The notes under the pieces: model-generated
Told to the model about the DNA's origin: nothing
The model's database searches: none
What the model saw: only the letters and a program-made list of their open reading frames with translations
Made by a program: the position numbers and the translations under genes
Assembly (NCBI GenBank): GCA_973895155.1
Contig: OZ316891.1
Location: forward strand, 11,716,771 to 11,780,770
Direction: 5' to 3'
Length of the DNA stretch: 64,000 nucleotides
Source of the DNA: Marsupella aquatica
Taxonomy: Eukaryota > Plantae > Marchantiophyta
In this document: positions 1 through 12,671 of the stretch, piece by piece
How the letters are laid out: every line of letters begins with the position of its first letter
How positions within the stretch are numbered: position 1 is the stretch's first letter

Positions 1-254
1 AAACAGCCATACGCTTTACAAATGCGCAGGATAGCACCAAATGTCTGCATTTGCATTTTGCAGGAAGGATTCTGTATCATACTCCAAGCTTTGCTTCACG
101 TAGTCGCCTATGGTATTGAACAAAATGCCTTGACATAACTGCATACGGAACATCTCAGCATAGTTGCTTGTTTACGCAATCTAGTCATATGCAAACGCGA
201 TGGACACTCTACCGGGAGGGAGGGACGAAGGGAGCCTAAAATTCGTTCCCTCAC

Positions 255-3200
255 CCATCAATAAGCGCAGTGTAGCGAACACAGAAGTCTGTCATGATGA
301 TCATGATGTTGTTGCGCACGGCAGCCAAGTCTGACCTTCCAAGCTCCTGTATCAACGCCAAATATGAAGCACTTTATTTCAATATGACGCTCTCGTTAGA
401 GTGCAATTCCAGCACCAGAGAGTTATAACTTCAACCCTCGGGAATAGGAACACTTATGCTCCCTCCCCATGACTTCTTTGAATAGGGACGAAGCCGGGAG
501 AGAGGAAAACTTTACTCAGGCAAACATTCGCAATGAAGCAGGACTTGAAGTTTCCAGTAAGCACATAGCAAGGATGTCCAGTAACTAGCGAGCTCCTCAT
601 GGATCGCAATAGATTGACATCCCCATTTAAAAATTGAACACCAATCCAGCGGGACCGACATCACGTCGAGCCAATTCAAGTAGCGACTCTAATAGTTATT
701 CACTGGGGGACTTACCTGCACGAAGAGAGGTATGCAGCGCTTGGCAAGCGTATCATCTGCAAGGCATAGCTTTCCGAGAGCTACCCGGACATGTACATTA
801 ATTTCAGGCGTCAGTTTCTCTTCCAGCAAGATCCTCTCTGTCCCTCTACCTTTTCTGTGTCCAAGCAAGCCACTTGCGCGGGTCAGCAAGGTTTGCAGCA
901 AAGTGACCACATGACCTGCTTTCACCTGAGGACATGTCAGTGCCAAGGCTCCTACAGTGAATATCACAGTCACAATCTGGGGTGATGATTCGTTCTGCTC
1001 GTTGGATGTCTCATTTTCTCCCCTGCGGCTGTGCCTGCTCCTGCTACGCGTCAGCCTTCCTGCACTAGTGTTTCCATCCCTCGGTTTTGGGGTCAGAAAC
1101 ACATCTGCTGCGGTAGTCACAGGGAAGGACGGGGATAGCGAGGCATGGAGGATGTTCTCAGCTTGTCCAAGAAGCTCCTTCGCCCAATGGATGACAAGCT
1201 GATCTCCTTCTGCAGCAGTGAGTGCTTTCCTTTTGCAGAGTGTAGCGAGCGCCTTGATGTGAGCACCAACCTGCAGAAAGCCTGCGTTAGAATCAGTTAA
1301 GGTGCAGTTAAGTGCCGCAAAATAAACGGCAACTCATACGTCGAAATTGAACGTGAGCGTAGATGCGTTTACATTCTGAATTGAAACTCATAGAGTTTTA
1401 GACGGAGGCAAACGATCGTGAGTATGGATCTTTCAGAAGCGTCCAGCAGCTGCCGAAGTTTTTAAAGGGGAGGGACAAAGTGTCCTAGTGTGTAGACACA
1501 GCACCTCAGCTGGATGCATGTCGAAGGCTTTCAATCTGTCCAGAAGCTCTGTGGCCAATTCAACAGCTGCTTCAGGTGGAAGCTCAACTGCCACATTGGA
1601 TATTGTTTGCAACAGATATACACGATTAACTGCCCACGTAGCCAGATTCCAAGACGGCTTATCAGCTGCCGAAGCTCCTGTTGGCTGCTGCTGGTCGTCA
1701 ATTGAGCAATTATCTGTATCACAAGCGTGGATTTACTTCCTGATCCCCAAAGTAGCAAACTATATCTAAGCCTACCCGTCGAACAAGTGAAATATGAGGT
1801 AGGAAAATTGGAATGTTGAAAACACAAAACAGGGAGGTGAATTAGTAGACACCAGTTTCAATGCGGTATAAAACTGGAGTACTTTAATGAGCAAGATTCG
1901 CTGAAAGTTTTTATAATCCTTAGATATACCTGTCTTATCAAGAAGTTTCCAATGCGTCCTCAGAAATTCCCAACCAACAGCTTTGGGAACAAAAGCTGTG
2001 ACTTCAGAGAGGAGAAACCAAGCCCCGTCTGGAGAACGATGCGCAGAGATCAAGCTTTGGAGTGCTAATGCTAGGCCTGGCCTTATCCGTTTCTTCTTGC
2101 CCAAATTGGTGCATATACGCCTCACACACGAAGAAATCGAGCTTCCATCTGCCATTTCCTTCAACAAACTTAATGCACCTAGAGGTAACAGACGCTCGAC
2201 AGCCTTTTCGTCCTCTGTTTCCCGGGAAGAAGATGTTTCTCTTTGTCCGGAAGAGCATTGGAACTTGGAAAGGTTCAAAGTTGAAATCAAAGTAATTCTG
2301 TCCAGGACGAGTTCTTCGAATAAACTCAAACACTCATCTTGCAAAGACTGTTCATTGTCAAAAGCCAACGGTAGGGCATATTTGAGCCATTCCCTTGTCA
2401 CCTTCGCGTCGCTTGGAAATCTTCGCAGAACCTAAGAGCATGCAAACGTCGCCAAGTTAGAATGCTAGGTGTATCTCAGTCTGCATTCAATAAGACAAGT
2501 TCCAATTATTCCAGTGTCTAGAGTGGCACACCTCAGAGAGTGCAGAAAGGGCGGCCTTCCGAATGCTGATCATGGAATCCCCACATGCCGCACCCATGGC
2601 ATGGAGAATTGCCTCATCTGGTGCTTTTCCTAGTAGGGCTGTTGATTTCTTCATCAGTAGAAAAGTCGCTTTCCTCACCGCTGCTTTGTCATCCAAACAT
2701 CTCCGTTGCAGAAGTGACCATAAGTCACGATGCCCTGCACCTGGAGTAAGAGGGGTGGCAGTTGGCAAATCCGAGCTGAGCTGCGGAGACGGGGTTCCTC
2801 CTCCAATGACGGGGGTATCAGTGGAGCTGAAGAAAACAGAATTCGGAAGATTCCTGACGTTACAACCTGCTCCGTGATTGCTGTTGCTGTTAAAGCCGAG
2901 AAGAGTTTGAACTAGCCGTCGGGAACTGACGTCTGCTGAGAGGAATTCGACGGCTTGCGCGAGATTAGTGAGAGATCGCGCCCGAATAGCTGCGGCTTTG
3001 TCAGAGCTGCGATGGAGAAGGATTTCAAAGCAGGTAATCCCCCACCACTGACTCTCTGAATGAGAAACACTTGCGCCTTGCTGGCCATTTCTATCAGATT
3101 TATCCCTCTCTTCACCTTCGACGCCCGATTCCTCATCGATGTCCACTTGATCCACAATCTCTGGATGCTCATTATCGCTGCGATCACCTCGAGGCTCAAG

Positions 3201-4466
3201 AACTTGATCCTCCTCGGAATAATCTGGCAAGGCATTTTGCTTGAGAGGGTCGCGTAATCCTCCGAGCAGAGCCAGAGCTGCATCGACTGCAACGAGACGA
3301 TGGCGAGGTTTTGAATGAGAAAATTTGCAAAGAAAATCAGAAAATCTGCACAGCTCTTTAGAATTGGAGGCCCTCAATAGCGTTAGGACGCTGTCCACGG
3401 CTACGGACCGGCCTTCAGTCCTCTCGGGCGCTTTGAAACATAGATATCGTGCAAGAGCCACAACTGCAGGCCGAATTGCGGTTAAACCTGCTGTCAGTAA
3501 TGTATTCGTTACAAATTGCATTGCTTTGTTACGAATCTCGACCTTGCCACTTCCACTTGCATGAGTTAGAAGGATGGTGGGAGCGAATGCTCGCAGGACC
3601 AAAATTGCAGTCTTCCCCGGGTCCCCGTGCATTGCTGCTAGCAAACTACAAAGGGTTGAGAAGACAATGTCCGGGACCGCAATTCTGAACGGTGCTACAC
3701 CTGCTCGTTTCTTCCCTCTAACAAATGTTTCGTTCCTGTCATCTTCGTCTTCTTTCATATCACTCAGGAGGTGCAACATGTCCACGAGGAGCCCCACAAT
3801 CAACTTCAATGTCTCTTGACGTTCTTTAAAATGGAGAACGAGAGCAATCTTCTGTAGCTTAACGAGCAGAGACCTTATATCTTCAACGCTCACAGTTACC
3901 GTTGCCTGTGGACTTCCATGCTGTTCGACGTCGTGATCCGCTTCATCACCCCCAGATTGTCTATCCTTCCCCCGAACCCTCTTTCCCCTCCTTTGACCCC
4001 TTTTCCCCTTTTCGACGACCACGGCACTTCCCTGTCCTTTAGCAGCCTTGGAGCTTGACAAGCACGCGTTTCTTAAGCATCGAGCTAAACTGTCAAATGC
4101 CATTTGACTGAAAAGGCTGTAAACGGGCCAACCAGGCACCAACAACAGGCACAAATAAATATCCGCTGCCTTTATCCCTGCCTGTCCTCCGCACTCCATA
4201 GTTAGAGTCAGAATTCCCACAATGCCGCCTGCCGATATTTTTTTCTCTGCAAGATCCTCCCATATTCCACCAATTTCTGACGACCTTGTGTCGTGTCCCT
4301 GGAAAAACTCGCTAAGCTCCGACAGAACGGAGATGGAAAGACAAAATCCTTGCACAGAGGTCGAACCCGTCTCCGAGGAGTTATCCGTTGCACCACCAGC
4401 TCCATCGTACTCAAATGCTGCAGCTTGTAGCAGAGCAGAGAGGCGTTTCAAACCGTCGTCCTCCAT
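255..4466 (-). CDS. CAP-D3: Condensin II complex subunit D3 (HEAT-repeat, Cnd1-type), spliced; 3' end lies beyond the left edge
   Basis: Exons with GT-AG borders at about 4466-2532, 2431-1930, 1735-1505, 1270-716 and 346-255. Recognisable motifs: RSSDKAAAIRARSL, RCLDDKAAVRK, VALGKLCLADDTLAKRCIPLFVQ and ELGRSDLAAVRNNIMIIMTDFCVRYTALID. Confidence 0.88.
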
Positions 4467-7400
4467 TGTACTCGACCCTGACAAAGCGAACCAAAGGGCG
4501 ACTAATCGATGCGCATTTTTGCTCTACTAAAGTAGCCTTCGTAACGGGTCCGAAAGCTTGTGATGGACAGATATCACAAAAATGAGTGCCAGGATCACTC
4601 GTGAGCAGTTACATAGAGGAGCACAACTTCATTCCCATGAACACTTTTCTTCGGTAGCTCACAACGTGCCCTACACTCGAGGAGCACTCTTGAGCAATTA
4701 CGACGATATACCACGAGATATTATTGTATGCGTCGCGACTTGAGGGTAGTTTCCACAATCGGCCGTGTTTGGATACGGGAGGATCGTGGACATCGCTACA
4801 AAATGAGTGCGAAGGAGCACGCGTGAGCATCACAGAGGAACACCACTGGATTCCGTCGTCAGCTCACGAGAGAATGTATGTTTCTATTGTCAAGGTAGTC
4901 TCTGGCAACGAAAAGATAGTGGGGATCGATTCCCATAGCCTTTCATTCTTCGCTTGCCTCCTTTCTTGGTTTCTCGTTCCTCGTACAGAACATCAATTGT
5001 TCACAGCTCTAACTTTCCTTGTTGAGCTTTCTCTCATGCCCGAACCGAAATGGGCAGAGCCAGCTTCGGCGTTTTCTCCCATCCCGCCTTTTGTTGCTCC
5101 TTTGAACTTTTTGAATTTGAGTCGGCTCTGAAGAAGACGGCTCAGATTGAGCCTCGGAGATACAATCGACGGCTCAAATTGGACTGAGTAGAGGGTCAAC
5201 CTATCAACCATGGACCGGTCTTGGACAGAGGGCCAGAAAAGGAGATCAGGCAAGGGGGCCAGCTAAAAGGGACCACAGCATAAGAGCAGTTACTAAAGGG
5301 CAAGCCTGTTGCCTGCTAACCCAGGTAAGTGTTCATCTGTGGCGCCATTCACAACTCTAGGAAATGCTTGAGTAAAGAGGAGGTTGTGTTTGATGGACCC
5401 TAAAAATGAAAAATGTTATTTGATGGGACCCATGAGTGATCCAGACTGTTGATAAACCTTGATAGACCTTAAATCAAAGTACGTAAAACCTCATGGGTTG
5501 GTTGAGGAGAAAAGTTTGGGTTTGGAGGTCCATGAAGCAAATCCCTTGAGTTGAGAGTTGAATGGCAGATCAGCTCTCAGTAGCGTATTGTACCCAGGCA
5601 ACATCCCCACCCAATGCACAATGTGCAATGTACTGCAGTGGTCTTTGTCAAATCCATTCACACTGCTACTATCAAGATGTCTCCCAATTGCTTGATTTGG
5701 GTTGTCCCCGATTATTGGGGAGGGTTGGCGGACAACCCTTCTCCTCACATAAAATGGCCAGTTTTGGCATGTAGGAGGCAACTTTGGCAGGCCTGGCTCC
5801 AGAGTTTTAATTCTCATGGTTCATTGGGGGATATATCAAAAAATTGGTTTCCAGAGAACCTTCACACTAGAGTTGTCCCTGGCAAGGACTACTTGTGGGA
5901 ATGCTCGTACAGACTTTTCTGGTGGAATGATTTCACTATTTATCCACAAATCCCCCCACCAGCATTTGCGATTAAAACACAATCACATGTAATCCTTGGC
6001 TTTGGTGCACTTTCAACCAGACCTCTGCTACTCTCGGCCCACTGTACTCTGCTACCCGGGCCCCACTGACCTCTGCCCTCATGGAGTGAGGTCATTCTGG
6101 CCATCTTGCCTGTCCTTGCATCCCCTTGTTCTGAGTGAAATTCAGGACTGTTCCATCATCCTCCAATTTGTTGCACATCATATCAGTTTTGGTTTTTGGT
6201 TTGAGTCAATCTCTTTGTTGATGTTGGAGAGACATATTGCAAATGTGTAGGAAACTTGATCTTGTCCCTTTGTTTTTTGGTTCCTTCAGCAACCACAGAT
6301 TGCAATTATACTTTGTGGTTTACCATTTTAGTCCTTGGTTCCTTGTCCATTCATAAGTTGTCTACAATTTGAGCTTGAGGTCAGATTGTAGAGCTATTAG
6401 ATTAACTCTTTGCTTCATTGTAGTCATTTCCTCCATTTCCATTTCCATTACTTTTGTTGGGCACTTGTCTAATTGTTATGGAGATTCAAAATGATTTCAA
6501 CCTCCTTTGGTCAATCCATGACAAGAAATTGTAAAAAATTGTTGACTCAGACTAGACAACAAATTCGGAACATGAGTCAGAATACACTACAACAACCAGA
6601 CACCATGAGTAGACACCATGAGTGGAGAAACTCTTCAAGAATCCAAAGCATTTGAGACTACATCAGGGAGTACATGTGAAGAGTGAGGGAGAGAAGCTCT
6701 CCCTCTAACCTATACCCCCACGGGGGGACTAAGATATGAATGTGGGTCTCAATAAAGTGGATCTTATCCTAATCTAAGCAAGGGTTGACTAACCCTGGTA
6801 AGGCCAAACTAACATAAATGTCAATAAATTATGACATCAGGCCAATGATGTGTCTTGGTGAGATTCCTTACTCTTACAGGTGGGTTGACTTTCCCTGATA
6901 TTGCATTCAATGCAAAGAGTACTGAACCGGTAATTGATGTCTCCCACAGTCTCCTTTCCCTACTCCTCTCTATTGGATTTGCTCTTCTATTGGGGGAGCG
7001 TCTAGGAATCCTTCATTGAAAAAAATAGCCATGTGCTCAACCCTCACCACAGTTCAATCTAGCAACTAGAATTTGATATGTTGGGTCAATCACATGGACA
7101 AAAATGTTTCATTGCGATGTTTCTCAACACAAGCAAGTAAGCAACCTATTTACTCGAATGCTTGCGGAGGATAGACCACTTGTGACATGAAGTTTTGTAG
7201 ATGATGAGTTTCACCATTGATCTCCCCCGGGATCTCCCTATTTTGAGCCCTATTAAGGAGTTCATAGCATTGATTTGGAGATTCATTTCTCATTGTGAGC
7301 AAAACCACCGCATAGAACAAGCTAACAGCAATTGTTGAATCTTTTGACTATGCCCCGTCGATGCACAATGCTTGAACAAAACTTACTTTATTTAGTGCGC

Positions 7401-8489
7401 TATGGAAAAGCCAATCTGTCCACTGCATCTCCTTGACAGTTTGTATCAGATTTTGCTGACTTTGCTCAAAAAAATTCTCAAGCCCATGACTTGCTTTCAC
7501 CACAAATTGTGAAGAGTTTCTGGATAAACAAACTAAAACATACTGTTAGCTGCTGATTGAACGATTTACATGAATCAAGGATACCCTTTTTCCCTACCCT
7601 ACATTGTTTGTATTCTATCATGGAGACCTGGATCATTGCACACAAAAAATGAGATGTTTTTTTTCTGCTCCCAAAATGAGTTTTTGATCAAGCTATCGAC
7701 TACCACACCGCACAATTTTTAGATAAAGATGTACAAACTGCCCCACAACGTACTCTCTTTCTCAGGTCTTTGGTTTAGTGTTGTTACACTGCTCATTTGC
7801 TATGAACTCCCCCTGTCTAAGGAGTTATCCATACATGTGTCATTCTCACTAAACTCATGTGGTAACAAAGAAAAAGTAGAGAACAAGAAAAGCAAAGAAA
7901 AAGGGAACATGGAAGGGAGAAAGAAAAGGAGAAACTAAGGGAGAAGGAAAATTAAAAGAACAGGAACCCTGCCTCCTTGGGGTGGCCTCTTCACAAGTCT
8001 TCCCCTTGGAACCAACCAAAGTCATCAAGATTACTGTGAGGCCTCTTAGTCTTGTACTCCACACTTCAGGAGGATGGCCATGGAATTCCAAATTTTAAGG
8101 CATTGTTTTATGAGCACAATTTCTTCCCAAATTCTTAAAGTTATGATCATCCATTTGGCTGGGTAGATCACAAAATGATGTGCTAACTCAAGCTTCAGAA
8201 TGAGTCCAAACATGACAACACTTAAATTAATGCTAATGAAGAAAAGGCAGTTTTAAGGTTTGGTACTTTCCATATTTAGAGCCTTTCTCTGGATTTTGCA
8301 TTCAAATGTAGATCTCTAATGTTCCCCCCTCTTAGGTTCCTGGTTGACCCTTTATGTGTGTTGAGGTTTGTACAATGACATTTGGTAGTATTTGAGTGGA
8401 AAGTGATTTGATTTTAGGGTACAATTTTGCATGGGGCTCATTGAGAGCTTCAAAACAAGTGCAAGTATGACGTCACTACAACACTATGC

Positions 8490-9010
8490 ACCTCTTTTGC
8501 GAACCGCCACCCTTCGCATCATACAAAGGAAACAAAATCCGAAATACCCAATTTGCGAACTTACTCGCATCGCAACGTCTTCGCTACTTCCCATCTCAAA
8601 TCCTTTGCAAATGGCCCTTCGCAACTACTTTGCAACTTGCGATTCTAAATATGTCGCAACATCTCCGCAACGTTGCGACGGCATTGTCCTTGCAAATATT
8701 GAGAAACGACGAATTTCATTATTTTGCGAGAACAAATGAATCGCTCGTGTTGCGATAACATTTACATCGCAATTTCCGATGTTAAATTTCTCTATAACTT
8801 GTGATGCAAACTAACTTGCAAGATTGCGAAAAGCAGATGACCGCTTTGTTGCGAAGGCATTTAACTCACAAACGTGTGGAGAGGTAGTCTTCGCTAGGGT
8901 TGTGATTTAGACAACATCGCAAGCGTTGCGATGCGTTTTTTCTCGGAATTGTTGCGATATGTTTGCCGTGGCTCTTTGAGATGGGGGTTGGTTCTCAAAA
9001 GCTTCGCAAA
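8490..9010. repeat. Left subterminal TCGCAA/TTGCGA array of the outer CACTA
   Basis: Many copies of ttgcga/tcgca(a) in both orientations next to the TIR. Confidence 0.8.
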
Positions 9011-9202
9011 ATGTATATTTCATGGGTTTTTGTGTATTTGGGTTAGGGTGAGGGAGACCATTCATGGGTTTTGAAGGAGGGAGGAAAGTGATGTTGACCC
9101 AGTCTGCCGCAATTAAAATGGCATTACTGAAAAAGTACAAAAGTTACAAAATGGAAGGGTAAAAACCCTTAGGTAAAGCGCCACGGCCATGCATGCTGAT
9201 CG

Positions 9203-11350
9203 CTATACATGTGAACTCGATGTAAGTGCTCTAGCTACAACCTGTCTACATAGAGCTAGAAAGGAGTGTTCCTGCCCCTCCTTGCCTTCTTCCCCTTGGC
9301 CTTCTCCTTGCCCTTGCGTGCTCTTGGGGGGTGCAACCTGGACTTCCTCCTCCTCTTGGTCACCCTCGGGGTCACCCTCCTCCTCATCCTCATCCTCATC
9401 CCCACCTCCACCGCCCTGGCTTGCCGCGCTACCACCCCCAGCACCACTGGAACGTGCTGATGCAAATGACTGGTCTCCAATGCTAGTTGGCCTGGCTTGA
9501 GTAGCAGGAGCTATGCTCCCCTCCCCTGTCCCCTCCACATCCTCATCACTACTATCGGTGCCACCCTCGGTATGGGAGTCACCATCCTCCCCTCCCTGCT
9601 TCCATTAGCAAACCAGGGTGTCTGTTAGTCTCATATTCTTTACAAGTGTGAACAAAAGAGATATTCATTCAAAATTGCAATGAATGTAATAACCTAAAAA
9701 TTCTCACCAGTAATTCATCAACTTGCTGAAAGAGATGCTCCTTCCCATGTTTCTGGCCCACCTCCATCTCAGCCGCCGTAATCTTCCTCTTGTACCTCTT
9801 GTACTAAGCCAAAACAAAACCAGCACAATTGGGTTAACACCAACCCATAACCCGATTCACATGGCTTCTAAAACTTAGGGGGTTTGTTGGGGCTGGTGGG
9901 GTGGTGCATCAAGGTTTTGGGTTTATGGAGGGTGGCATATATGGGGAAGACCCTCAAAGAACACTTAAACGACCGGAAAATTTAAAAATTCAAATTTTAG
10001 AAATTTTGCGAAGGCGCCAGCTTCGCAATCATAAGGACAATTACGTTTGCGAAGCTGGTTGCGATGCAAACGTCTTCGCAACGCCTTCACAAATGTAAGC
10101 AAAAAAAGGGCATAATAAGGTTTGCGAAGGATTTGCGAAGCTACCCGCATCGCAAATGCATCGCAAACTCTGTCATGGCAAAAACCCGAGAGGGAAGCAA
10201 CTGTACGTGACCTAATCTGACACAACAAGTCTAATTGTAACTACTTGGTGGAAATGCAAGAAAGAGTTGGCTCATTGCAGGTGTGTTGGAATAGGAATTG
10301 GAGTAGCAAGAAGTCAAGGGAGGAGAGGGAGGTGCACTCACGAATGCTGCTTTGAGGCCGGGGAGGCCACCTTGACCCAGCCTGTGGGTGATGTTGGGCT
10401 TGTCTCGGACTCGCTCAGCTGCCTTCAGGAACTTGTTGGGTGGATCGCCTACTTCTGCTACAACCTGCTTGAACTGGGCTACCTTCTGCTCCATCACCTT
10501 CAGGTCCCGGTCAGACTTCCCGGCCTCCTTTGCCCTTCGAGCCTTTGCCAGCTTCTCTGTGAAATCATTGAGGAGCCTGGCTGCTTTCAACTTCACCTCT
10601 GTCTGGTAGAAGGCCTGCCAGATATCTTCTGAGAATTGCAGCGGCCTCTGCAAATTCCTATACTCCTCCAAATCTCTAAGGTGAGACCTGATCTTCATTC
10701 TATCATGGTATCTAGCTTGTGACATGGAGTTTGAAATTTTGTCAGCAAGCCACTGTGAATCCATCTCTCCTCCATTTCGAAATGCATCTTTCACCTGATT
10801 GATGACTCGCTTTTCCTCTGCCTTTGAGCGAGTGCCCCACTCGACTCCTCTTGCAAAATTTGTGGATACAATGTGCCTGATTGTGCTCTTGGCCCCATTG
10901 TAAGCAAGCTCGGTGGGAATCCCCTCATCCTCTAAAGTAATCAGAGGCAGCTTCCTCCTTGCTGCCTCCTTCTTTCTTTGCTCCTCCCTCTGTTTCCTGA
11001 TCAGGTCTCTCTCATCTTTCCTCCTCTTCTTTTCCAATGCTTGAGGCGAGAGCACTCCAGCTTGAGCTCTCTCGTCCCTCTTTCGCTTCCTCTTAGCAGC
11101 CGCCTGCTCTGCTGCCTTCCTTGCATCCTCCTCCACTGCTGCTTGCCCTGTAGTGAGACCTGCTTGCAAGGCTTGGCCCAGAAGGGCACTCAATGATGCC
11201 AGCCCTGCTGGACTAGTGAAATCAATTTGACTCAATTGTGCAACCAAAAAATGCTCATCCCCAATCGCCTTCAATCGATCCCCCCCCTCGGTTGCCTCCG
11301 CTGCTGCCAGAAGCTCCTCCATCACCACCAGTCCCCTCTCCGCTCGCCAT
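9203..11350 (-). CDS. TnpA-like (Ptta/En/Spm, Transposase_24-like) accessory gene of the outer CACTA
   Basis: Main exon 11350/11328-10342 ends with ...FSEDIWQAF...THRLGQGGLPGLKAAF then gtgagt. Next exon about 9804-9708 (YKRYKRKITAAEME). Acidic low-complexity last exon to 9203. A frameshift in the C8 run at 11280-11287 is possible. Confidence 0.6.
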
Positions 11351-12082
11351 CACTCCGCCCTTGCCCTCGTTGCTCTCCTCAGGCCTGAATGAACTGAATC
11401 CACCTTGTCTGCGCTCGGCAATCCATAAGGATTCAAAATATTAGGCTTTGTGATTCGTTTCGCATCGCAGTTTGCGATGCATCGGCCTTCGCAAAAAGCT
11501 TCGCAAATGCTATCTTTGCGAAGCTTCAGGATTCGCAAACACCTTCGCTATTTGGTTTTGCCATAACCCCCGTCTCGCATGCGTATTTGATGTGTTGTTA
11601 GGGATACTAAGGGGGCTTATGAACATTAAATGGGGTAGAAGTAGAGGATTATGTTGCATTTTAGTGGGATGTGATGAGATAAGGATTGGGGGGGTTAGAA
11701 AATTGAAGGAGTTATATTGGAGGGTAAGAGGAGGGGGTTTGGCCTGGTTAGGGGAGGGTTTCTTTTGTGAAGGTTAGGCTTAGATTGGCTTAGATACAAG
11801 GGGTTTTATGTTTTGGGTTTGCAGGGGGTTTTATTTATGAAGGTTGGGGTTATATGTATTGGAGGGTAAGAGCTAGGAGGGGTTTTATGTTTTGGGTTTT
11901 GGGGTTTAGGCCAACTTAGGAGGGTTTGAAAGAGAGGTTTCAGTTTTATAGTATCTTGGGTTACTTTTATGGTATCTTAGGAGGGTAACCAAGAGGGGTG
12001 GCATATAATTATGGTAGAGAGAAGCATAGGATGGTTGAAGGGAATTGACCATTTAGGTTTTTGCTAACTTCATTGGCTTACG

Positions 12083-12671
12083 CTTTTAGAGTTCCCAAGG
12101 GTCTATGGTGGGTTTTTATTGCATGACACTCACCTTTCACTTGAAGCGGGATGAGGTTTTGGTTTTTATGCTAACAATTGAGGGAAATCCCATGTAATCA
12201 TGATCCAGTGCAGGACCATCACTGCTTCCTCAACTTTTGTCTAATGCATATGCATTGTGGGAACCCGAACATCTAAAAGGTATATTTAAACATGTATGTT
12301 AGCAGGGTTTGATAAAGAGATTGTTCATAAACCTTGCCCTTCTTTGTTGTGCAAGAATATCTATATGCACATGTTTGGGGGTCTACAACTTGAGAGAAGC
12401 TAATGGCTATCCAAACTTACTTTTTGTTTCCAGTATTTTCCTCGTGCTTCTAGATTCAGCTCATGTTCAATGAGCCACACGACCTACAGGCACTATTGAG
12501 TCCGGATCTCATTCAGGTAATTATTGTCCAACTTCATTCTGGGCTTAGGCCTTTAGAGTTTTCCCAGGGGTCTAGGGTGGGTTTTTATTGCATGACACTC
12601 ACCTTTCACTCGAGGGGGGATAAGGGTTTAGGGTTTAGGGTTTTATGCTAACAATTGAGGGGAAAACCCAT
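12083..12671. repeat. About 470-480 bp tandem repeat in the centre of the outer CACTA; copy 2 continues at 38065-38495
   Basis: gcatgacactcacctt...gctaacaattgaggg occurs at about 12121 and 12590. caacttttgtctaatgcatatgcattgtgggaacccga occurs at 12231 and 38105. Confidence 0.85.

Noticed and set aside
5114-5180. Imperfect inverted repeat with ttgagccg, reminiscent of miR171
   Set aside because: The stem is short and the match to the mature miRNA is partial; more likely promoter motifs upstream of CAP-D3.
5340-8470. Possible degenerate retroelement remnants and a 9-bp hairpin at 6685-6705
   Set aside because: No diagnostic motif, terminus or TSD could be read with confidence.
12624-12640. gggtttagggtttaggg telomere-like run
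   Set aside because: Only about 2.5 units inside a TE repeat; at most a telobox.
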